From Calditrichaceae bacterium (GTDB taxonomy: Bacteria > Calditrichota > Calditrichia > Calditrichales > JBFXGD01), in contig JBFXGD010000027.1 of assembly GCA_050178385.1 (NCBI GenBank), positions 1-29,296 on the forward strand: 29,296 nt of DNA, read 5' to 3'. The stretch's first letter is position 1; the number at the start of each line of letters is the position of its first letter. The notes beneath the pieces are model-generated. The model searched no databases. It was not told the DNA's origin and was given only the letters and a program-made list of their open reading frames with translations. The position numbers and the translations under genes were made by a program. Shown piece after piece: positions 9,676 to 17,780 of this stretch.

Positions 9676-9722
9676 ATCTTATAATACGGTTTATCAGCCG
9701 ATAAAATTATGGAGTACAGACG

Positions 9723-10700
9723 ATGTTCAAACCTTATTACAGACCACGGCGTCTGCGCAGGAATCCGCAAATACGAAATCTTGTCCGTGAGACGATCTTA
9801 ACCCCGGATGATCTGATTCTGCCATTATTTGTAGCAGCGGGTAAAGATATCAAAAAACCGATCAGCAGCATGCCGGGACATTTTCAGCTTTCTCTTGAAC
9901 ATCTTGTCAGAGAAGTACAAACCATACGGGAAAAGGGAATCCAATCAATTATTTTATTCGGTATTCCCGAACACAAAGATGCCTTTGGCACAGATGCCAC
10001 AAGTGATGATGGTATCATCGCGAAAGCAATAAGTGAAGTAAAAAAAGCCGTTCCGGATATGTATGTTATTTCGGATGTATGTTTCTGTGAATATACCGAT
10101 CACGGCCACTGCGGCGCGCTGGTAGGTCATGATGTTGATAACGATGCCACATTGGAAATGCTTCAGAAACAGGTGCTGGTTCAGGCAAAGCATGGAGTAG
10201 ATATGGTAGCTCCTTCGGGCATGATGGACGGAATGGTAGGAGCCATCCGTCAGGCGCTTGATGGTGAGGGATATATCAATATTCCGATCATGAGCTACGC
10301 GGCTAAATACGCGTCCGGATTTTATGGCCCGTTCCGGGAAGCGGCGGAATCGACTCCGGCGTTTGGAGACCGCAGCACCTATCAGATGGATCCGGCGAAT
10401 GCCGATGAGGCGATGCGTGAAGTCGCGCTTGATGTTGAAGAGGGAGCCGACATCGTTATGGTTAAACCGGCCATGCCTTACCTGGATCTTATCCAACGAA
10501 TCAAAACGGAGTTTAGAATGCCCACAGCCGCGTATCAGGTATCCGGTGAATTTGCCATGCTTAAGGCGGCTGCCGAAAAAGGCTGGTTGGATCATGATCG
10601 TGTGATGATGGAATCACTTACATCGATAAAACGCGCCGGCGCGGATATGATAATCACTTATTTCGCCAAAGAAGTCGTTGATGTGCTGGGGAGGAAGTAG
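9723..10700 (+). CDS. hemB: Porphobilinogen synthase (ALA dehydratase)
   Basis: RPRRLR, Zn-binding [40 protein letters not shown]. Confidence 0.98.
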   Translation: MFKPYYRPRRLRRNPQIRNLVRETILTPDDLILPLFVAAGKDIKKPISSMPGHFQLSLEHLVREVQTIREKGIQSIILFGIPEHKDAFGTDATSDDGIIAKAISEVKKAVPDMYVISDVCFCEYTDHGHCGALVGHDVDNDATLEMLQKQVLVQAKHGVDMVAPSGMMDGMVGAIRQALDGEGYINIPIMSYAAKYASGFYGPFREAAESTPAFGDRSTYQMDPANADEAMREVALDVEEGADIVMVKPAMPYLDLIQRIKTEFRMPTAAYQVSGEFAMLKAAAEKGWLDHDRVMMESLTSIKRAGADMIITYFAKEVVDVLGRK

Positions 10701-10731
10701 GAAGTTGGAAGTAAGAAGTGGGAATTAAGAG

Positions 10732-10784
10732 CGTTAAGAGAAAAGAGTGTAAGAGTTGAGAATTTGGGCACGATGCTCGTGCCC
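10732..10784 (+). repeat. 53-bp direct repeat copy A, ending in hairpin GGGCACGA-TGC-TCGTGCCC
   Basis: Ungapped manual alignment with 11115-11167 gives 44/53 identities. Confidence 0.85.
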
Positions 10785-11007
10785 TAAGTAGGAAGTGGGA
10801 AGTAAGAAGTTTAAGAAAAAAGATAAAAGAAAAAAGAAAAAAGAGTTAAGAGTAGGGGCGTCTCAATCCGGGAACGCGATGTCATAGTCAACCGCGGTGA
10901 AACCGGTTAATCTACCCGTATGTCATGCCGCAGGCATCTTTGGCTACCTTGGAAGGATGTAGAAAAAAAGATTCTTTGGGGCGAATTTTCTGTTCAGCAG
11001 GAGACTG

Positions 11008-11078
11008 ACCCTCCCCTCGATCCCCTCCCTTATGCAAAAGGGAGGGGAAGGGCATGATTTATCAGGACCGGGGAGGGT
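11008..11078. repeat. Nested inverted repeat (REP-like element)
   Basis: Outer arms ACCCTCCCC (11008-11016) / GGGGAGGGT (11070-11078). Inner 11-bp stem TCCCCTCCCTT (11021-11031) / AAGGGAGGGGA (11038-11048) with loop ATGCAA. Confidence 0.85.
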
Positions 11079-11114
11079 TAGAAGAAATCGAAAGTAAGAA
11101 AAGAAAAGTAAGAA

Positions 11115-11167
11115 CGTTAAGAGTTAAGCGTGTAAGAGTTAAGATTAGGGGCGCGATGCTCGCGCCC
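11115..11167 (+). repeat. 53-bp direct repeat copy B, ending in hairpin GGGCGCGA-TGC-TCGCGCCC
   Basis: Same hairpin as copy A with a compensatory A-T to G-C pair change. Confidence 0.85.
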
Positions 11168-11321
11168 AAGAAAAAAGAGTTAAGAAAAGAAGGTTCAACT
11201 ATTGTGTTGTTGAAATCTTCGGAACGATAATTTACCTGTTATCTAAAACCGGAATTTTGATCAGATTTTGAATGCTGGCAAACAGTCTTTGGAAAATATA
11301 AATGTAATAACGGAGTTTTGC

Positions 11322-12611
11322 ATGTTATCACAGGATAAAAGTAGAAAATTATTTGAAAGATCACAAAAAGTGACTCCCGGTGGTGTAAACTCACCGGTTC
11401 GCGCTTTTAAATCGGTTGAAGGAACCCCCGTTTATTTCTCTCACGGGAAAGGTTCCCGTACGTTCGATGTGGACGGTAACGAATACATTGATTATGTGGG
11501 ATCATGGGGCCCGCTCATTCTTGGATACTCGGATGCAAGAATTATTTCGGCCGTAAAAGATGAAGCAGAAAAGGCGACAAGTTTTGGAGCGCCGACCGAG
11601 CTGGAAATTGAACTGGCGGAACTCATCACAAAAATAATGCCCTCTGTTGAAATGGTACGAATGGTAAACTCTGGCACAGAAGCCACAATGAGCGCCGTCC
11701 GTTTAGCGAGGGGATATACAGGCCGTGATAAAATCATCAAATTCAGCGGCTGCTATCATGGACATAGCGACAGTTTTCTTATTCAGGCCGGATCGGGTAT
11801 GACAACTCTCGGCACTCCTAATAGTCCGGGTGTGACTGCTTCTACAGCTGAAGACACGCTGATCGCACGTTATAATGATCTTGGTTCTGTTAAGGAGTGG
11901 ATTTCAAAGTTTCCGGATCAGATCGCGGCAATCATCGTAGAACCGGTTGCCGGTAATATGGGGGTTATTCCTCCTGCGGAAGGATTTCTTGAAGGGTTAA
12001 GGAAAGTTACAAGTGATAATGGAATAGTATTGATTTTTGATGAAGTGATGACCGGTTTCAGAGTCGCCAAAGGCGGCGCGCAGGAAGTCTATAATATAAA
12101 ACCGGATTTGACAACTCTTGGTAAGATCATCGGCGGCGGAATGCCGGTGGGCGCATACGGCGGAAAAAAAGAAATTATGGAGCAGATATCCCCGTCAGGT
12201 CCCGTTTATCAGGCAGGAACGCTTTCAGGGAATCCGCTTGCCATGAGAGCCGGTCTGGAAACGTTAAGGATTCTAAATGAGCCCGGTTTCTATGAGAAAC
12301 TGGAGGAAAAAGCCAAACTATTGGACAACGGGATCCGTGAAAATCTAAAACGTCTCGGAATGCCGCTGTATCAGACCAGAGTGGGTTCAATGGGGTGCCT
12401 GTTTTTTAATACTGAAATGGTACACGATTATGACAGCGCCGTCCGTTCAAATACAAAAAAATACGCCAAATATTTTTGGAATATGCTCGAGGAAGGCGTA
12501 TATCTGGCGCCTTCTCAGTTTGAAGCATTCTTTATCTCCGCGGCGCATTCGGAAAACGACATTAAAAAGACCGTTGAAGCAAATTACCGCGCGTTAAAAA
12601 ATGTGCTTTAG
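11322..12611 (+). CDS. hemL: Glutamate-1-semialdehyde 2,1-aminomutase
   Basis: [39 protein letters not shown] lysine in [24 protein letters not shown] favours ATG 11322. Confidence 0.98.
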   Translation: MLSQDKSRKLFERSQKVTPGGVNSPVRAFKSVEGTPVYFSHGKGSRTFDVDGNEYIDYVGSWGPLILGYSDARIISAVKDEAEKATSFGAPTELEIELAELITKIMPSVEMVRMVNSGTEATMSAVRLARGYTGRDKIIKFSGCYHGHSDSFLIQAGSGMTTLGTPNSPGVTASTAEDTLIARYNDLGSVKEWISKFPDQIAAIIVEPVAGNMGVIPPAEGFLEGLRKVTSDNGIVLIFDEVMTGFRVAKGGAQEVYNIKPDLTTLGKIIGGGMPVGAYGGKKEIMEQISPSGPVYQAGTLSGNPLAMRAGLETLRILNEPGFYEKLEEKAKLLDNGIRENLKRLGMPLYQTRVGSMGCLFFNTEMVHDYDSAVRSNTKKYAKYFWNMLEEGVYLAPSQFEAFFISAAHSENDIKKTVEANYRALKNVL

Positions 12612-12671
12612 CGATTTGGTGATCGAAAAATTAAACGGCTTTCAACATAAGCATTAAATATCTGAAATTTT

Positions 12672-12709
12672 AAACCGTTGGCTGATTAGATAGTCAGCGG
12701 TTTTTTTTT
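12672..12709 (+). terminator. Rho-independent terminator ending the heme operon
   Basis: AAACCGTTGGCT-loop-AGTCAGCGGTTT stem (two G-U pairs) followed by a T9 run. Confidence 0.75.
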
Positions 12710-12820
12710 GAATGGCAAAATAGGTATGTGTTATAGCTGAAAAAATAAATTGCAAAAGGGCGGCATTTTTTTAAATTTACGCTTCGATTATGATTTAATG
12801 AAACTATATACGCGGATGAC

Positions 12821-14989
12821 ATGACTGATTCGGAAATGCTACAATTAATAGCCAGGGAACTGGACCTAAACCTTATTCAGGTAAAAAACACGGTGGAATT
12901 ATTAGACACAGGGAATACGGTTCCGTTCATTTCACGATACCGAAAGGAAGTCACCGGCTCACTGGATGAAAACCAGATACGGGATATTGAAGAACGTATT
13001 CAATATTTAAGGGCTTTGGAAGCGCGAAAAGAAACGATCCTTAAATCTATCGAAGAGCAAGGGAAACTTACTCCCGAGTTAAAGGAAAAAATACAAAAAG
13101 CCCAGAAATTGCAGGAAGCCGAAGATCTTTATCTGCCATATAAACCCAAAAAAAGAACACGGGCGACCGTCGCGAAAGAAAAGGGACTCCAGCCGCTGGC
13201 GGATATGATGTTAAATCAGGAAATCAATTCGGGAAATCCGGAAGAATATGCCGAACAGTACATTAATCCAGATAAAGAAGTGAATACAGCCGAAGATGCC
13301 CTGCAGGGGGCAATGGATATTGTCGCGGAAACGGTGAGTGATGACGCGGAGGTGCGAAAAATTATCCGGAAAATTACCTTTGATGAGGGGCTGATTATTG
13401 TCGATGGAAAAAAGATGCAGGAACGTACGCCCTATGAAATGTATTATGATTATTCCGAAGCTGTATCGAAGATCCCTCCGCACAGGATTCTTGCCATTAA
13501 TCGTGGAGAAACAGAAGGAATTTTAAAAGTTTCATTCGATGTTCAGGTAGATAAAATGACGTCTGAAATCGAACATCTGTATATCAGAAATAAAGCGTCA
13601 ATTTTTACGGAACAGTTAATTTTGGCCATTAAAGACAGTTACAATCGTCTTGTGGCTCCTTCCATTTTTCGGGAAGTCCGAACGGCCTTGACCGAAAAGG
13701 CGGATGAACACGCGATTAATGTGTTTGCCACAAATTTGAAAAATTTACTGTTACAGCCTCCTGTAAGAAGAAAAATGATCATGGGAATTGATCCCGGTTT
13801 TAGAACCGGATCTAAGGTTGCCGTAATCGATAAAACCGGAAAATATCTTGAAGGTAAAACAATTTATCCACATCCGCCGCAGCAACAGTATTTTGAAGCA
13901 AAATCAACGATCAGAAGTCTTGTAAATAAATATGATGTCGATATAATTGCCATCGGTAACGGAACGGCCAGCCGTGAAACAGAGCAGATGGTCGCCGATG
14001 TCATTGCCGAAATGAAGGACGAGAAGAAGCTGTCATATATCATTGTAAGTGAAGCCGGAGCGTCGGTATATTCGGCTTCAAAGATTGCTCAGGAAGAATT
14101 TCCTGATCTTGAAGCCAGCATGCGCGGCAATATTTCCATTGCCCGCCGATTGCTTGATCCTCTCGCGGAACTCGTAAAAATTGATCCGAAAAGTATCGGG
14201 GTCGGACTATATCAGCATGATGTAAACCAGAGAAAGCTCGCGCATACTTTGGGACAGGTTGTTGAATCCGGGGTGAATTCAGTTGGCGTGAATCTAAATA
14301 CCGCTTCTGCATCACTCTTACGGCATGTTTCGGGACTCACAAGCAGGACGGCGGAAAACATTGTAAAACACCGTGATAAAAATGGCCCGTTCAGGGACAG
14401 GAGCGAGATAAAGACCGTGGATGGTATAGGAGCGGTGGCATTTGAACAGGCGGCTGGATTTATGCGTATTCCCGACGGAGAAAACTCATTGGACAATACA
14501 TCCATACACCCGGAATCGTATAAGGCCACAAAAATACTGCTCGAAAAATTTAATATTTCCGACATAAAGGAGGAAGGTAAGAAGCTCAGATCAAAAATCG
14601 AACACGCGAACATTGAATTGTCTGATTTGCTTTCAGAACTTGGAATCGGTGAGCCTACCTTTAGGGATATCCTTCTAAACCTGGAAAAGCCCGGATTGGA
14701 TCCACGGGATGAAATGCCTAAGCCAATTCTTAAAAGCGATGTATTAAAAATGGAAGATCTTAAAGAAGGAATGGTTTTAAAGGGGACTGTTCGTAATGTC
14801 GTTGATTTTGGAGCGTTTGTTGACATTGGCGTTAAGCAGGATGGGCTGGTCCACATCAGCCGGATGGCCAAACGTTATGTAAAAAACCCGATGGAAGTGT
14901 TGGCGGTTGGCGATGTAATTGATGTAAAGGTGGTGTCTATCGACTTTGAACGGGGGCGTATAGGGTTAACTACGGTCCTGGAAGATTAA
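12821..14989 (+). CDS. tex: Tex family RNA-binding transcription accessory protein (YqgF/RNase H-like, HhH, S1)
   Basis: TVPFISRYRKEVTG, LYLPYKPKKRTRA, GIDPGFRTG, IGNGTASRET, EAGASVYSAS, GVGLYQHDV, C-terminal S1 FGAFVDIGVKQDGLVHIS. Confidence 0.97.
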   Translation: MTDSEMLQLIARELDLNLIQVKNTVELLDTGNTVPFISRYRKEVTGSLDENQIRDIEERIQYLRALEARKETILKSIEEQGKLTPELKEKIQKAQKLQEAEDLYLPYKPKKRTRATVAKEKGLQPLADMMLNQEINSGNPEEYAEQYINPDKEVNTAEDALQGAMDIVAETVSDDAEVRKIIRKITFDEGLIIVDGKKMQERTPYEMYYDYSEAVSKIPPHRILAINRGETEGILKVSFDVQVDKMTSEIEHLYIRNKASIFTEQLILAIKDSYNRLVAPSIFREVRTALTEKADEHAINVFATNLKNLLLQPPVRRKMIMGIDPGFRTGSKVAVIDKTGKYLEGKTIYPHPPQQQYFEAKSTIRSLVNKYDVDIIAIGNGTASRETEQMVADVIAEMKDEKKLSYIIVSEAGASVYSASKIAQEEFPDLEASMRGNISIARRLLDPLAELVKIDPKSIGVGLYQHDVNQRKLAHTLGQVVESGVNSVGVNLNTASASLLRHVSGLTSRTAENIVKHRDKNGPFRDRSEIKTVDGIGAVAFEQAAGFMRIPDGENSLDNTSIHPESYKATKILLEKFNISDIKEEGKKLRSKIEHANIELSDLLSELGIGEPTFRDILLNLEKPGLDPRDEMPKPILKSDVLKMEDLKEGMVLKGTVRNVVDFGAFVDIGVKQDGLVHISRMAKRYVKNPMEVLAVGDVIDVKVVSIDFERGRIGLTTVLED

Positions 14990-15023
14990 AAAAAAAGACT
15001 CACGGCCTCGTGATTCTTTTTTT
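14988..15023. terminator. Bidirectional terminator between convergent tex and receiver genes
   Basis: A-run, AGAcTCACG-GCCT-CGTGAtTCT stem, T-run. Confidence 0.7.
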
Positions 15024-15031
15024 AATATGCA

Positions 15032-15409
15032 TCACGATTCATCAATCAATTCCAGAACCATATCTTTTAGCTGAGTGATTGTAAAAGGCTTTTTCAAAAA
15101 ACGCTGCCGGGTGCTCATGGGAGTGTCGGCAAATGACTGGTCGTTCTCAAATCCGGACATAAAGATCGCGAGAGACTCCGGTAAAAATTTTTCAATCTGT
15201 CTGTAAGTTTCTTCACCTGACATATTCGGCATATACATATCGATTAGCAACAAACCAATCTCATCTTTGTGTTTGGAAACAATTTCAATCGCTTCCATTC
15301 CGTTGTTTGCCTGGTAAGAGGTAATATCCATCAGAGACAACACTTCCGCAATAATCTCCCGGAGCGCTTCTTCATCATCAACAATCAATGCTTTTTTTGT
15401 GTCAAGCAA
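15032..15409 (-). CDS. Single-domain response regulator (REC only)
   Basis: ALIVDDE, phosphoacceptor in LLIDMYMPNMSG, MSG, FLKKPF; no output domain. Confidence 0.92.
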   Translation of the reverse strand: MLDTKKALIVDDEEALREIIAEVLSLMDITSYQANNGMEAIEIVSKHKDEIGLLLIDMYMPNMSGEETYRQIEKFLPESLAIFMSGFENDQSFADTPMSTRQRFLKKPFTITQLKDMVLELIDES

Positions 15410-15557
15410 AAGTGCCTACCTTAATAATTAAATTTGTTAAAAACCGGAGTCAATTCTTGTCTGAATTATTCCAAAATTAAGAGAAAAATCAATTATATCC
15501 AAATTTGATTGCGGATATGTGGAAAATTTAAAACAGAATTCTATTTATCGATCCTAA

Positions 15558-17717
15558 CTATTTCTCGCTCATAGTTGTGACACCATCCCAATCCGGGCCG
15601 GGACTTGTAAATTTGAAATCAATGCATCTTTTCCTGTACATCTGGGACGGAGAATCTTCGGGTACTAATTTGAGACAATATTCAAACAGATCTATGGCCT
15701 CTTTCCAATTTTGTTGCCTGTATTCTATGATCCCTTTATGATATAATTCAAGCATTTCAAGGTAACTTTGGTTCAGAGACGCGCTTCGTTCGGCGATTAA
15801 TTCGAAAACTTCAATCGGTTTTTGTTTTCCTTTTACTCTTATCAGATCCAGTGGACGGGTAAAAAATTCATCTTTCACAATGTCATTTGTGAATTCGCTG
15901 ATCATGATTTCAGTTCCGTAGAATTTGTTCGCCCCTTCCAGACGGGATCCTAAATTTACATGATCACCCATGACGGTATAGTCAAATACATTTTTTGAAC
16001 CCATGTTTCCAACGATAACTTCACCTGTATTAATCCCGATTCTGGCTCGCAGCAAAGGTCTGTTATCCTTTTTCCAGTCAGCGCGCAATTTTTCAAGCTG
16101 GCGCTGCATTTCGAGAGCCGCAATGCAGCCGGCTCTGGCATGATTGTCATAAAATACAGGCACACCAAATTCGGCCATGATGGCGTCGCCTTCATATTTA
16201 TCTATAATACCGTCATTCTTCAAAACTATATCTGTCATAGATGTCAGATATTCGTTGAGCAAAGAAACGAGTTGCCGCGGGGAGAGTTTTTCAGAAATGG
16301 TTGTGAATCCCACCACATCTGAGAACAAAACAGTCACAACGCGTTCTTCGCCGCCGAGTGTTAACGTTTCGGGATGATTGATGATCTCCTGTACAACTTT
16401 TTCGGGAACATAATGCGCAAATGCGCCGCGCAGGACCCGTTTATCGCGCTGAGACAACAGATACTGATAAACCGTATTTCCGACAAAGCTGAAGAGTATG
16501 ACAAGTACCGGGCTGACAACCTGTAAAAAAATATTGAACTGTTTAAAAACGTAAACTGAGATAAGTACATACCCGATTGTGATACCGATGGTTACAAACA
16601 AACCCCATGTTGTATGCACAAAGCGCGTAATAAAAAAGATACCGGCCGCCAAAAAGAACATTATCAGAAGACTGATGATTAAGGAAGGTGTTTTCAGATA
16701 ATTATTTTCAAGAATGGCAAGTATGGCATTTGCATGAATCTCAACTCCGGGCATTTCAGTTTTGACCTGTACTCCTTCGGCTGAATAATGCTCGAGAAAA
16801 GGTGTTGGAAAATTATCATGCAGTTCATGCATCGTTGATCCGATGAGTACAATTTTATCCTTAAATTTACCTGAATATTTTAATCCCGCGGGAATGCCAA
16901 GTTCAGGATCACCGGGATCATCAAATGAATCAATATCATACTCATCCCTAAGATCAAAATCTTCATCATCAAGAATGCTGTCAAAGGAATAATACGGGAA
17001 TGTAAACGCCGGTCCTTTATAATTTATCAGAAAGCTGTTTGGGTCAAATTTAGGGATCTGATAGCCGGGCAGATAGAAAAAATTTCTATCTGTTTTTAAG
17101 GCAGTGGAATTGTTTGTTCCTTCCTTCGCCCGGATCATCTGCGCGGCAAAAGATGGCAATAAAGAGTCATTGTATTGTTGACCGACAAGGTAACGCCTGT
17201 AGAAACCGTCAATATCAGCTTCAATAGCCACCAGGCCCCAGGGTGTGTTACCGGATAAAAATTTCTCGTAAGGCGGGATGATAGTCGTGTATGTATAGTT
17301 CTGAGATGTCTGAAGCAGTTTGCCCACCAGAACCACATTGTTATATGAAGAAAGGACACGGGTAAGTTCATCATCCTGTTCCGGTCCGTATTTATCAGGC
17401 TGATCAAAAATGACATCAACTCCGATTGCGGCGGCTCCGGCTTCTTCAAGATTTTCAATGACATGGGCAAAATATGATCTCGGCCATGGCCAGCGGTGCG
17501 GTGTTGATTCATCTGACTGATCATCGATCCCAACAATTACTACCGGGCTGTCCTCAAGAGATTCAGGCCCGCGCAGCGCGAAGCGGAGATCCAGAAGCTT
17601 TAGTTCAAGTGTCTGAAACGTCGCGGTATAACTTAAAAGAAAAGCCAGAGAAACCGACATTATTATAACAAGAAGAAAAATAAAAGGATTATAATTAGAC
17701 ATAGATGTTTTCATCAT
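15558..17717 (-). CDS. CHASE2-domain membrane-bound class III adenylate cyclase with C-terminal TPR-like tail
   Basis: N-terminal TM; CHASE2 motifs (IVGIDD, WPWPR, GVDVIF, DIDGFYRR, MPGVEIHAN); 3 TMs; cyclase motifs LFSDVVGFT, DKYEGDAIMA, GNMGS, YTVMGDHVNLGSRLEG, VKGK. The Lys and Thr specificity residues indicate ATP as substrate. Confidence 0.95.
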   Translation of the reverse strand: MMKTSMSNYNPFIFLLVIIMSVSLAFLLSYTATFQTLELKLLDLRFALRGPESLEDSPVVIVGIDDQSDESTPHRWPWPRSYFAHVIENLEEAGAAAIGVDVIFDQPDKYGPEQDDELTRVLSSYNNVVLVGKLLQTSQNYTYTTIIPPYEKFLSGNTPWGLVAIEADIDGFYRRYLVGQQYNDSLLPSFAAQMIRAKEGTNNSTALKTDRNFFYLPGYQIPKFDPNSFLINYKGPAFTFPYYSFDSILDDEDFDLRDEYDIDSFDDPGDPELGIPAGLKYSGKFKDKIVLIGSTMHELHDNFPTPFLEHYSAEGVQVKTEMPGVEIHANAILAILENNYLKTPSLIISLLIMFFLAAGIFFITRFVHTTWGLFVTIGITIGYVLISVYVFKQFNIFLQVVSPVLVILFSFVGNTVYQYLLSQRDKRVLRGAFAHYVPEKVVQEIINHPETLTLGGEERVVTVLFSDVVGFTTISEKLSPRQLVSLLNEYLTSMTDIVLKNDGIIDKYEGDAIMAEFGVPVFYDNHARAGCIAALEMQRQLEKLRADWKKDNRPLLRARIGINTGEVIVGNMGSKNVFDYTVMGDHVNLGSRLEGANKFYGTEIMISEFTNDIVKDEFFTRPLDLIRVKGKQKPIEVFELIAERSASLNQSYLEMLELYHKGIIEYRQQNWKEAIDLFEYCLKLVPEDSPSQMYRKRCIDFKFTSPGPDWDGVTTMSEK

Positions 17718-17738
17718 TCGAACCCGTTGGTGATTGAT

Positions 17739-17766
17739 AAAAAATAAAGGTTCCCTTTCGGGAACC
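17739..17766 (-). terminator. Terminator-like hairpin between the beta-barrel gene and the cyclase gene
   Basis: Minus strand reads GGTTCCC-GAAA-GGGAACC followed by TTTATTTTTT. Confidence 0.7.
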
Positions 17767-17780
17767 CATGTCTTTAAGAA

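Larger units (their letters stand above)
10694..11190. repeat. Intergenic mosaic of purine-rich degenerate heptamer tracts and REP-like hairpins
   Basis: Tandem GAAGTAG/GAAGTTG/GAAGTAA/GAAGTGG/GAGTTAA/GAAAAAA units at about 10694-10852 and 11080-11190, interleaved with GC-rich inverted repeats. No ORF of 60 aa or more. Confidence 0.85.

Noticed and set aside
9954..10595. 213-aa antisense ORF over hemB
   Set aside because: Antisense shadow with no motifs.
10694..11190. CRISPR array or riboswitch in the hemB-hemL spacer
   Set aside because: No regularly spaced identical repeats with unique spacers, no cas genes, and I could not find cobalamin, FMN or SAM riboswitch consensus elements by eye.
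14212..14871. 219-aa antisense ORF over tex
   Set aside because: Mirror-frame artefact of tex codon usage.
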